This document shows positions 56,436 through 64,000 of a DNA stretch of 64,000 nt, in pieces. The DNA is taken from contig CBDDFZ010000001.1 of NCBI GenBank assembly GCA_965227515.1, positions 1,673,600 to 1,737,599 on the forward strand, read 5' to 3'. Numbering within the stretch: the first letter of the stretch is position 1; each line of letters opens with the position of its first letter. This stretch comes from Alphaproteobacteria bacterium. Its GTDB lineage: Bacteria; Pseudomonadota; Alphaproteobacteria; CALKHQ01. Below the pieces are notes generated by a model. The model saw only the letters and a list, made by a program, of their open reading frames with translations, made no database searches and was not told where the DNA came from. Made by a program: the position numbers and the translations under genes.

Positions 56436-56525
56436 ATGCGTGTGCCTTCTGCGTTGCCGCTCTTCACACATAGGCACACACGGTCGTGGCAACAATTGGG
56501 TCGGGTTTCGGTGAGACGTCCAACC

Positions 56526-57464
56526 TCACACCGGGATCAGCGTGATGCCGTCGTTGGTCGCATGGTACTCCGGCAGGATGAACACCATCACGTCGCTGCT
56601 GTTGTAGACGTATGTGTAGGACTCGGTGCCGTTGCCGCCGGTGATGAAATAGCTGCCCTGGATGGAGTCGCCATCCAGGAACGCGTAGTTTTCGATGATA
56701 TCGGGCACGCCGTCGGTGCCGGCGATGAAATAGTCAGCGCCTGCGCCGCCCACCAGCATGTCGGTGCCGTTGCCGCCGTCATAGGTGTCGTCGCCGTCGC
56801 CGCCGTGCAGGTAGTCGGTGCCGTCGCCGCCGAACATCATGTCATTGCCGCCGCCGCCCCACAGGCGATCGTCGCCGGCGTCGCCGTACAGAATGTCGTT
56901 ACCCACCGCGTCGTAGCCGTCGCCGAACAGGCGGTCGTTGGCCTCGCCGCCGTGGATCGTGTCGTGGCCGTACATGCCGTAGATCCAGTCCTCGCCGCCG
57001 CCGCCGTCGATGGTGTCGTTCCAATAGCCGCGGGTGTAGGCCAGTTCATGGTGGTCGCCGTTGATCCAGTCGTGGTCGTCGCCGCCGAATATCCGGTCGG
57101 CGCCGGCGCCGCCATAGAGCTTGTCCTCGCCATCGCCGCCGTCGATCAGGTCGTTCCCGGCGCCACCGAACACCGTGTCGTCGCCGTTTCCGCCATAGAG
57201 CGAGTCGTTGCCGGCCATGCCGTCGATGGTGTCGTGCCCGTCCTCGCCATGGAGCGTGTCGTCGTCCTGCAGGAACGGGTTGGGCGTGCCGTTGCCGATG
57301 ATGATGTCGTTGAACGGCCCGCCATGGATTTCATCGTCCCCGGCGCCGCCGATGAACGTGCCGCCGATCTGGTCGTATTGCGGCTCGGGCGGCGCCTCGC
57401 GCGTATCGGGCGTCCACCGGAGATCGGTCTGGAGGGAACTGGGCGGGGTGCTGCTGCGGGCCAT
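56526..57464 (-). CDS. RTX (hemolysin-type calcium-binding repeat) protein
   Basis: At least 12 GGxGxDxxx nonapeptides (GGAGDDEIHG, GGNGDDTVFGGAGNDLIDGGDGEDKLYGGAGADRIFGG...). GGAG SD. Confidence 0.85.
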   Translation of the reverse strand: MARSSTPPSSLQTDLRWTPDTREAPPEPQYDQIGGTFIGGAGDDEIHGGPFNDIIIGNGTPNPFLQDDDTLHGEDGHDTIDGMAGNDSLYGGNGDDTVFGGAGNDLIDGGDGEDKLYGGAGADRIFGGDDHDWINGDHHELAYTRGYWNDTIDGGGGEDWIYGMYGHDTIHGGEANDRLFGDGYDAVGNDILYGDAGDDRLWGGGGNDMMFGGDGTDYLHGGDGDDTYDGGNGTDMLVGGAGADYFIAGTDGVPDIIENYAFLDGDSIQGSYFITGGNGTESYTYVYNSSDVMVFILPEYHATNDGITLIPV

Positions 57465-57921
57465 GATATCGCTCCGGAGTCGTGCGTTGCCGGTAGGTCG
57501 CAGCCGGCGTGGGCCCGGTTCATTGCCTCTTGCGGGCGCGCACGCGTGCCTTCGATGTTGGACACATCGCGCTCTGGGACCATATTGTCGGATGCGATTA
57601 GCGGCGATTCCGCCGTTCGCGGGCGCTTGACCGTGAAAATCGGGCCCTCGGCCGTTAAGATTCAGGCTCGACCCGACGCTGGTCTGTTTGTATCAAATGG
57701 GGATGTGTCCGGCAGGTAGGCCGGATGGCATCATCAAGCCCGGTGGGGAAGAAAAGGGGAGTCATGCCGGCTCTGAAAAACCAGCCACCTCGTGGATTGA
57801 CCGGTGCGCCTCTTGTCAGCTTCGCTGCGCCGGCATGTGCGGCTCTTGGGTCCGCGCATGTGCCTGCATGCCATCGCCCATACCATCGCCACGTGGGTTT
57901 GCGAGGCGCCTGGATAGACGC

Positions 57922-60900
57922 ATGAACAAGCAGGTCACCACCAAGCGCGGCCGCCTGAACATCGCCGAAGGCAGCGCCCCCACACAGCCCGACGCGCAGG
58001 AGCTTTCGCACCTGTACCGCGCGATGCTGACGGCGCGCGAGATCGACCGGGTCGAGGATGTGGCGACCCGGCGCGGCGAGGCGTTCTTCCACGTCTCCGG
58101 CAAGGGGCACGAGGGCTCGGCGGCGCTGGCGCTGCACCTGACCAACGACGACTGGCTGCACTGCCACTATCGTGACAAGGCGCTGATGGTGGCACGCGGC
58201 ATCACCGCGCGCGCGTTCTTCGACGGCTTCTATTGCAAGGACGCCTCGCATTCGCGCGGGCGCCAGATGTCGGCCCATATGTGCGATGCCTCGCTGCGCG
58301 TTGCCAGCGTGTCCGGCCCGGTCGGCAATGGCGCGTTGCATGCTGTGGGCATGGCGCTGGCCGGCAAGGACATGGAGACCCGGCCCATCGTGCTGTTCTC
58401 CTGCGGCGACGGCACCACGCAGGAGGGCGAGTTCCTGGAGTCGTGCGCCGAGGCGGCGCGCGCGGAAGCCCCGGTGCTGTTCTTTGTCGAGGACAATGGC
58501 TGGGCGATCTCCACGCCGACCGCCGGCAAGACGTTCTATGCCCTGCATGCGCAGCGGCCGGACGCCTTCCACGGTATCCCGATCCACCGCATCGACGGGC
58601 GCGACGCGATCCAGGCGTGGCGCGAGCTCGGGCCCATCGTTGCGCGCATGCGGCGCACCCGCCAGCCCGCGATCGTCGTGTTCCAGGTCGCGCGCATCGC
58701 CAACCACACCAACGCCGACGACCAGTCGATCTACCGCGACGCGGCCGACATCAAGCTGGCCGAGGAAACCTGCGACCCGATCCCGATCCTGGAAGACCAG
58801 CTCCTGGACATGGGGTGGAGTGCCGCCGATCTGGCGGCGGCCAAGGACGAGATCGCGCGCCAGGTGGCGGAGGCCGATGAGGCGGCGGCCTTCGGGCCCG
58901 ACCCCGAGCCGATGCTGACGGCCGACGTGGCGCCGTCGGCTGCGGTCGCGGAGGCGTTGCAGCCCGGTCGTGCGCGCAAGCCCGCCGCGGCGCCGGCGCC
59001 CGCCGCGGTGCCGAACACGCCGCAGACCATGGGCGAGGCGATCCGTGCCGTGCTGCGCGGCCGGCTGGCCGACGACCCGCGCGTCTATCTGTGGGGCGAG
59101 GACATCGAGGACCCGAAGGGCGACGTATTCGGCGTAACCAAGGGCCTCAGCACCCAGTTCCCGAAGCGCGTGGTCAACGCGCCGCTGACCGAGTCCACCA
59201 TCGTCGGCGTCGCCATCGGCCGGGCGATGGCCGGCGAGCGCCCGGTGGCGTTCCTGCAGTTCGCCGATTTCCTGCCACTTGCCTACAACCAGATCGTCAG
59301 CGAGCTGGGCAGCATGGCGTGGCGCACCGACGGCGCCTTGACCGCGCCTGTTATCATCATGGTGCCGTGCGGCGGCTATCGCCCCGGTCTGGGGCCGTTC
59401 CACGCCAGTTCGTTCGAATCGCTGATGACCCACACGCCGGGCATCGACGTGGTGATGCCGTCGACAGCGGAGGATGCGGCCGGCCTGCTGAACGCCGCCT
59501 TCGAGTCAACCCGGCCGACGGTGTTCTTCTATCCCAAGAGCTGCCTCAACGACCCGCGCGGCGCGATGACCGGCGATGCCGGCCAGGTCAGGCTGACGCC
59601 CGGATCGGCGCGCAAGGTGCTGTCGGGCCGCGACCTGACAATGGTCGGCTGGGGCAACACCGTGCGGCTGTGCGAGCAGGCTGCCGAGGCGCTGGAGAAA
59701 GCCGGTGTCGAGGCCGAGGTGTTGGACCTGCGCAGCCTGGGGCCCTGGGACAAGCGGGCGGTGCTGTCGTCGGCGGAGACCAGCGGCCGGCTGCTGGTGG
59801 TGCACGAGGACAACCACACCAACGGCTTCGGCGCCGAGATTCTGGCGACGGTCGGCGAGCAGTGCCGCACCCATGTGGCCATGCGCCGGGTGACCCGGCC
59901 CGACACCTATGTGCCGTGCAATTTCGCCAACCAGATCGAGGTGTTGCCGTCGTTCAAGCGGGTGCTGGAAACGGCGGCCGACATGCTGGACATCGACGTC
60001 GAATGGACGCCGCCGCCGGCCGCCGAGGAAGGCATCGTGCTGGTCGAGGCCATCGGGTCCGGCCCGACCGACGAGACCGTCGACGTGGTCGAGCTGATGG
60101 TCGAGGTCGGCCAGACTGTCGAGCGCGGCGAGGAGATCGCGGCCCTTGAGGCGATCAAGAGCGTGTTCGAGCTGACCTCGCCCGCCTCCGGCGTGATTGA
60201 GGAGATCGTCGTCGGGATCGGCGAGACGGTGCCGGTCGGTGCGCCGCTGATGAAGATCCGCACCGACGACACCACCCAGCGCGCCAAGCCCTTGACCCAC
60301 GAGGCGCCCGGCACGCCCACCCTGACCCGGCGCGCCAAGCCGGCGGCACCGGCTGTTGCCGGCAGGGGCGAGGGCGCCGCGGCCCAGCCGGCCGGCACGC
60401 TCAGGGTCGGGCTGTCGCAGGTCGCCACCGTCACCGGCAGCCGGGTGGTGCCGAACGAGGAACTGGTACAGGGCCGCACCGACGACACCTACCGCGATGC
60501 GGAGAAGCTGACCGGCATCCGCGCCCGCCATTGGGCGGCGGAGGGCGAGACGGTGCTGTCGCTCGGCGTGCGCGCGGTGCGTGCGGCGCTGGAGGCGAAC
60601 GGGCTCACCGCCGACGACCTCGACCTCGTGATCTGCAGCACGACCACGCCAGATCAGGTGACGCCCTCCGTGGCCTATCGCATCCTGCGCGATGTTGCCG
60701 GCGAGCGCGGCAACCCGGCGGTGGCCGCCTATGACATCAATGCGGCATGCTCGGGCTATCTCTACGCGCTGCAGGCCGCGCACGACTTCCTGCAGAACCA
60801 GCCGCAAGGCCGTGTGCTGGTGGTGACGGCCGAGGTGCTGTCGCGGCTGCTGGACCGCGACGACCCGTCGACCGTGCTGGTGTTCGGCGACGCGGCGTCG

Positions 60901-61353
60901 GCCACCGTGGTCTATGGCGACGCGCATTTCGATGGCGCTGCCGCGCGCCTGTTCCGCCCTGATATCTCCGGAAAGAGCGACGACCGCAACGCGCTGACCG
61001 TGCCGGTGCCAGGCCAGGGCTATGTGCGGATGGACGGCCAGCGGGTGTTCCGCGAGGCGGTGCGCGCCATGGTCGGCAGCCTGAACCGGGTCTGCGCCGG
61101 CCAGGGGCTGGGGCTCGGCGACCTGGACATGGTGGTGCCGCACCAGGCCAACCAGCGCATCATCGACGCCATCGCGCAGCGCACCGGCGCCAACGCCTAT
61201 TCCAACATCAAGCATTTCGGCAACACGTCGTCGACCAGCATTCCGTTGTGCCTGGCCGAGGTGCTGCCCGACGCGCCGGCCGGCCAGCGGCTGGGCCTGT
61301 GCGCCTTCGGCGGCGGCTATACCTACGCGGCCGCGGTGCTGGAAACCGTCTAG
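57922..61353 (+). CDS. Fusion protein: TPP-dependent 2-oxoacid dehydrogenase E1-alpha + E1-beta + lipoyl-type domain + FabH-like KAS III
   Basis: ORF 57688..61353 trimmed to ATG 57922 (1143 aa). Has the TPP motif GDGTTQEGEF...EDNGWAIS, E1-beta NAPLTESTIVGVAIG, lipoyl-like LEAIKSVFEL, and a KAS III triad (C943 NAACSGY, H1074 VPHQANQ, N1101 GNTSSTS). Confidence 0.85.
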   Translation: MNKQVTTKRGRLNIAEGSAPTQPDAQELSHLYRAMLTAREIDRVEDVATRRGEAFFHVSGKGHEGSAALALHLTNDDWLHCHYRDKALMVARGITARAFFDGFYCKDASHSRGRQMSAHMCDASLRVASVSGPVGNGALHAVGMALAGKDMETRPIVLFSCGDGTTQEGEFLESCAEAARAEAPVLFFVEDNGWAISTPTAGKTFYALHAQRPDAFHGIPIHRIDGRDAIQAWRELGPIVARMRRTRQPAIVVFQVARIANHTNADDQSIYRDAADIKLAEETCDPIPILEDQLLDMGWSAADLAAAKDEIARQVAEADEAAAFGPDPEPMLTADVAPSAAVAEALQPGRARKPAAAPAPAAVPNTPQTMGEAIRAVLRGRLADDPRVYLWGEDIEDPKGDVFGVTKGLSTQFPKRVVNAPLTESTIVGVAIGRAMAGERPVAFLQFADFLPLAYNQIVSELGSMAWRTDGALTAPVIIMVPCGGYRPGLGPFHASSFESLMTHTPGIDVVMPSTAEDAAGLLNAAFESTRPTVFFYPKSCLNDPRGAMTGDAGQVRLTPGSARKVLSGRDLTMVGWGNTVRLCEQAAEALEKAGVEAEVLDLRSLGPWDKRAVLSSAETSGRLLVVHEDNHTNGFGAEILATVGEQCRTHVAMRRVTRPDTYVPCNFANQIEVLPSFKRVLETAADMLDIDVEWTPPPAAEEGIVLVEAIGSGPTDETVDVVELMVEVGQTVERGEEIAALEAIKSVFELTSPASGVIEEIVVGIGETVPVGAPLMKIRTDDTTQRAKPLTHEAPGTPTLTRRAKPAAPAVAGRGEGAAAQPAGTLRVGLSQVATVTGSRVVPNEELVQGRTDDTYRDAEKLTGIRARHWAAEGETVLSLGVRAVRAALEANGLTADDLDLVICSTTTPDQVTPSVAYRILRDVAGERGNPAVAAYDINAACSGYLYALQAAHDFLQNQPQGRVLVVTAEVLSRLLDRDDPSTVLVFGDAASATVVYGDAHFDGAAARLFRPDISGKSDDRNALTVPVPGQGYVRMDGQRVFREAVRAMVGSLNRVCAGQGLGLGDLDMVVPHQANQRIIDAIAQRTGANAYSNIKHFGNTSSTSIPLCLAEVLPDAPAGQRLGLCAFGGGYTYAAAVLETV

Positions 61354-61372
61354 CCGGCATGGTGGCGGCAGG

Positions 61373-61828
61373 ATGACGGTCCGACGCCGGTCTCTTGCAC
61401 TCACCGCTCTGATCGTCGGCGTGCTCGGCGGTCCGTCGTTGAGCGCGGCCGGCGACATTCAAGGGTCCTACTGCGGGCACATTTTCTCGGCCGGCGCCAA
61501 CGAGGCCGGCTACACCCGTTTCGTCACCGACAAGGGCGTGATCACGGGGGCCTATTCGTTTGTCGACAGCGTCCAGGGTGGCGTCATCGAGCGCGGCAGC
61601 CTTACCGATTGCGCGCTCGATCCCGACGATCCATCCATGATTGCGTGCACGTGGGCCGATGCCTTCGGCGAGGGGCGGTTCGAGGCGCAGTTTTCCCCTG
61701 ATGGCGCACGTTTTCGCGGCCATTGGTCCCCGGAAGCCGAACCGGCGCTGATCTTTCCCTGGACGGGCGAGCGCCTTGGTGCGGACGTGTCCGAGGAAAG
61801 CTGCATCGGCTCGGACGCCTATTCCTGA
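61373..61828 (+). CDS. Secreted protein, function unknown
   Basis: Signal peptide MTVRRRSLALTALIVGVLGGPSLSAAG. Starts 19 nt after the fusion gene's stop. Confidence 0.55.
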   Translation: MTVRRRSLALTALIVGVLGGPSLSAAGDIQGSYCGHIFSAGANEAGYTRFVTDKGVITGAYSFVDSVQGGVIERGSLTDCALDPDDPSMIACTWADAFGEGRFEAQFSPDGARFRGHWSPEAEPALIFPWTGERLGADVSEESCIGSDAYS

Positions 61829-61835
61829 CGGCGCG

Positions 61836-62639
61836 CTATTCCGATCCGCGGGCTGAGATGCCGCCGTCCACCGGCAGGCAGGCGCCGGTGATGTAGCTGG
61901 CCTCGTCGGACGCCAGGAACAGGATCGCGGCAGCAATCTCGCGCGGCCTTGCCTGCCGCTTCATCAGGCCCGGCCCGCCCTCGTACGGGCGTTCGGTGAC
62001 GGCAGGGTCGATGGGCGCGCCGCGTGCCGCCGCCCGCTTCAGGTGGAACTCTGTCAGGGTGGCGCCCGGCAGCACGGCGTTGACCCGGATGCCGGCTTCG
62101 GCATGGTCGCAGGCCAGCGAGCGGGTCATGCCGAGCATGCCGGCCTTCATGGTGTCGTATTGCAGCATGCCCGGGCGGCCCGACTGCGCGTGCACCGACG
62201 AGACGTTGACGATGGTGCCGCCGGCCGGCATCAGCGGAATGACGTGCTTCGCGGCCAGCGCGGCGCCGCGCAAGTTGACGGCGTAGATCGCATCCCAGCT
62301 TGCCTGGTCCGCCTCGGTCACCGGGCCATAGGCGCGGATGCCGGCGTTGTTGACCAGCACGTCGACCCGGCCGTGGCGCTCCGCGCATTGGTCGGCGAGC
62401 GCTTCGATCGCGGCCTCGTCCGCGACATCGACCTCCGCCGGCCAGACGCGCGCGCCAACGTCTTCGCCCACGGCCGCGCCGCACTCGTGGGCAATCGTCT
62501 CAGCCGTTTCTTGTGCGTCGCTGAAGTAACGATCGACCAGAACGACCGTCGCCCCCTCGGCCGCGAACATCATCGCTGTCGCCCGGCCAATCCCCGCGCC
62601 GGCGCCTGTTACAACCGCAATCCTGCCGTCCAGCTTCAT
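61836..62639 (-). CDS. SDR-family oxidoreductase
   Basis: ORF 61836..63086 trimmed to ATG 62639. TGAGAGIG, NNAG and YxxxK (YDTMKAG) motifs. Confidence 0.9.
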   Translation of the reverse strand: MKLDGRIAVVTGAGAGIGRATAMMFAAEGATVVLVDRYFSDAQETAETIAHECGAAVGEDVGARVWPAEVDVADEAAIEALADQCAERHGRVDVLVNNAGIRAYGPVTEADQASWDAIYAVNLRGAALAAKHVIPLMPAGGTIVNVSSVHAQSGRPGMLQYDTMKAGMLGMTRSLACDHAEAGIRVNAVLPGATLTEFHLKRAAARGAPIDPAVTERPYEGGPGLMKRQARPREIAAAILFLASDEASYITGACLPVDGGISARGSE

Positions 62640-62692
62640 CAATTGCCTCGCTCTTTCTGTCCTTCGATGGCGTTCGGATAACTTCCGATCAT

Positions 62693-62722
62693 TTGACATT
62701 CTTTCTTGGCCGTGCCTACGCT
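62693..62722 (+). promoter_or_regulatory. Candidate promoter TTGACA-N18-TACGCT
   Basis: -35 at 62693-62698 and -10 at 62717-62722. Lies 33 nt upstream of ATG 62755, in an AT-richer divergent region. Confidence 0.35.
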
Positions 62723-62754
62723 CGATCATCGGGTTTGCAGAAGGCGTTCCCCCA

Positions 62755-63327
62755 ATGGCCGACTTCCCGATTCCGATTGGCGTGGACCGCATGCTACGCG
62801 ACATCGCGGAGGGCATAGGCGGCGCCGCGCGCATACTCCCCACGGTATCCCGGTCCGAGGTCGGAGCGGTTGCCATGCGCCGCGCCACGGTCGCCATCGA
62901 CTTCGAGCTTAGCAGCGCCGCAAAGCGGACAGATGACAGCATCGGTCTGGGCGCAAAGACCTTCCTGTTCGGTTTCGGTGCGTCGACGGAAACGACCGAG
63001 ACGAAGGTGCTGAACCACGGCCGGATCGAGATGGAGATCGTCGCCATCGTCGAACCGGAGGAGGGTGAGCGACCGAAGACCGCCACGCCGGCTCAACCCG
63101 GCCCGCCCGTGAAGGCGCCAACTCCCCTGAGCGCAGATCAGATTCGCCAGGCCCTGGCGATAATCCAGGGGGAACTCCACAACCTTCCCCTGGACGAGGA
63201 GGCACGCGGGAAAATCGAGGCCAAGATCGCGGAAATACACGCTGCGATATCGGCTGGCGACCTGCACCTCGCCAATGAATTGCTGCAATATATCAAGGAC
63301 ATTGTGCAGGAAGTCCTGAACCCCTGA
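62755..63327 (+). CDS. Small protein with a beta-rich 'trypco2-like' core, a Pro-rich linker and a helical tail
   Basis: 190 aa. Core is RRATVAIDFELSS...KTFLFGFGAS...GRIEMEIVAIV. Lower G+C than the host. Confidence 0.5.
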   Translation: MADFPIPIGVDRMLRDIAEGIGGAARILPTVSRSEVGAVAMRRATVAIDFELSSAAKRTDDSIGLGAKTFLFGFGASTETTETKVLNHGRIEMEIVAIVEPEEGERPKTATPAQPGPPVKAPTPLSADQIRQALAIIQGELHNLPLDEEARGKIEAKIAEIHAAISAGDLHLANELLQYIKDIVQEVLNP

Positions 63328-63356
63328 GCCGCGCCCCCGCCATATGAGAGGCTGTC

Positions 63357-63785
63357 ATGCCTGACGTTGAAATGAGCCTGGAGGATTTGTTGGACGAATA
63401 TGTGGGCCCGATCATTGGGGACGGCGTCCTGGTGACGGTGAAGAACATGATCAACGAAAATCTGCTGGACACAAAGGTCAAGATCCCCATTCCCAGCGAT
63501 ATCATCGACAGCCTGACGGGTGGCGGAGGCGATGACAGTGGGGGCGACGACGGTGGATGGCAGTCGAACAACCTGCCGCCAATTCCGCCCCTGGTGCCGA
63601 TCGAGCCCAAGGCTGCGATGAACGCGATCGCGGCCGCCGTGCGCGATGCCGAGAAGATACTGAACATGGAGAACCTGGCCATCGGCGGGGCGGGCATCGA
63701 CGTGTCGCTGGTCGTTGATGTGGCCGGGGTCGCCGGCGCCAACGCCAACTTCAAGATCACCATCGGGCCGACCCCCAGGCCCTGA
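63357..63785 (+). CDS. Small protein with a Gly/Asp linker and a C-terminal 'trypco2-like' beta module
   Basis: GAGAGG SD. 142 aa. The C-terminus GIDVSLVVDVAGVAGANANFKITIGP parallels the core of the preceding protein. About 50-52% G+C by hand count. Confidence 0.5.
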   Translation: MPDVEMSLEDLLDEYVGPIIGDGVLVTVKNMINENLLDTKVKIPIPSDIIDSLTGGGGDDSGGDDGGWQSNNLPPIPPLVPIEPKAAMNAIAAAVRDAEKILNMENLAIGGAGIDVSLVVDVAGVAGANANFKITIGPTPRP

Positions 63786-63812
63786 ACCGGTTTTCAGTCA
63801 GGAGATAGCGAC

Positions 63813-64000
63813 ATGGCTTTCAGCACTGCGATTTCAGTTGGCGCGTTCTCGGTCGTCCTGGCGGAGACGTTCGCCGCGGTGGCCGCTTCGACCCTGGTGC
63901 CGGCCACCTTCCTGGCCGTCGTGCGCGCCGCCAAGAAGGCCAATGCCCCCGACGACGAGGTCAATGCCGCCGACATGCTGATCGACCGGATGTCCGGCGT
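63813..64000 (+). CDS. Unknown protein, 3' end outside the window (not in the ORF track because there is no stop codon)
   Basis: ATG 63813 lies 8 nt after AGGAGA. The frame is open to the window end. N-terminus MAFSTAISVGAFSVVLAETFAAVAAS... is hydrophobic. Confidence 0.45.
   Translation, partial: MAFSTAISVGAFSVVLAETFAAVAASTLVPATFLAVVRAAKKANAPDDEVNAADMLIDRMSG

Noticed and set aside
57725-57925. Small ORFs in the leader of the fusion gene (for example 57725..57925, 66 aa) as possible leader peptides.
   Set aside because: They have no SD, atypical codon usage and no recognisable features. They cannot be supported from sequence alone.

Overview
The window reads as a high-G+C chromosomal segment of alphaproteobacterial type. 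Hand counts of sample 60-nt lines give about 68% G+C. All family assignments come from motif recognition by eye; no searches were run. Coding is dense: I support about 58 protein genes and one tRNA-Leu(GAG), with no rRNA and no CRISPR array.

Many ORF-track entries are antisense high-GC artefacts or carry false N-terminal extensions. I trimmed those to homology-consistent starts that have Shine-Dalgarno sequences.

Gene content, left to right:
- a sulfide-detoxification module (DUF442-type II SQR fusion, persulfide dioxygenase, SulP) lying downstream of glgC-glgA-crp/fnr
- a MetE-like gene and a TRAP transporter
- an orphan CheZ
- GGT
- a PA0069-type radical SAM gene with a near-consensus promoter
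- a 7TMR-DISM kinase with a LuxR-type regulator
- sugar and glucan genes
- several peptidases (C45, M35, DegP)
- housekeeping genes (rarA, crcB, rlu, lipB, mgtE)
- a translationally coupled lva-like 4-hydroxyacyl-CoA operon
- a signal-less molybdopterin oxidoreductase operon headed by a HlyU-type small protein
- an RTX protein

Most unusual features:
1. A single 1143-aa ORF (57922..61353) fuses 2-oxoacid dehydrogenase E1-alpha, E1-beta, a lipoyl-type domain and a FabH-like KAS III domain. It has no E2 core, and no E3 is encoded nearby.
2. A lower-G+C cassette at the right edge (62640..64000) encodes two small paralogous beta-rich proteins that resemble conflict-system 'trypco2'-type modules. 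It is cut by the window end.
3. At least three families of intergenic palindromic or MITE-like repeats occur, one of them showing compensatory stem changes.
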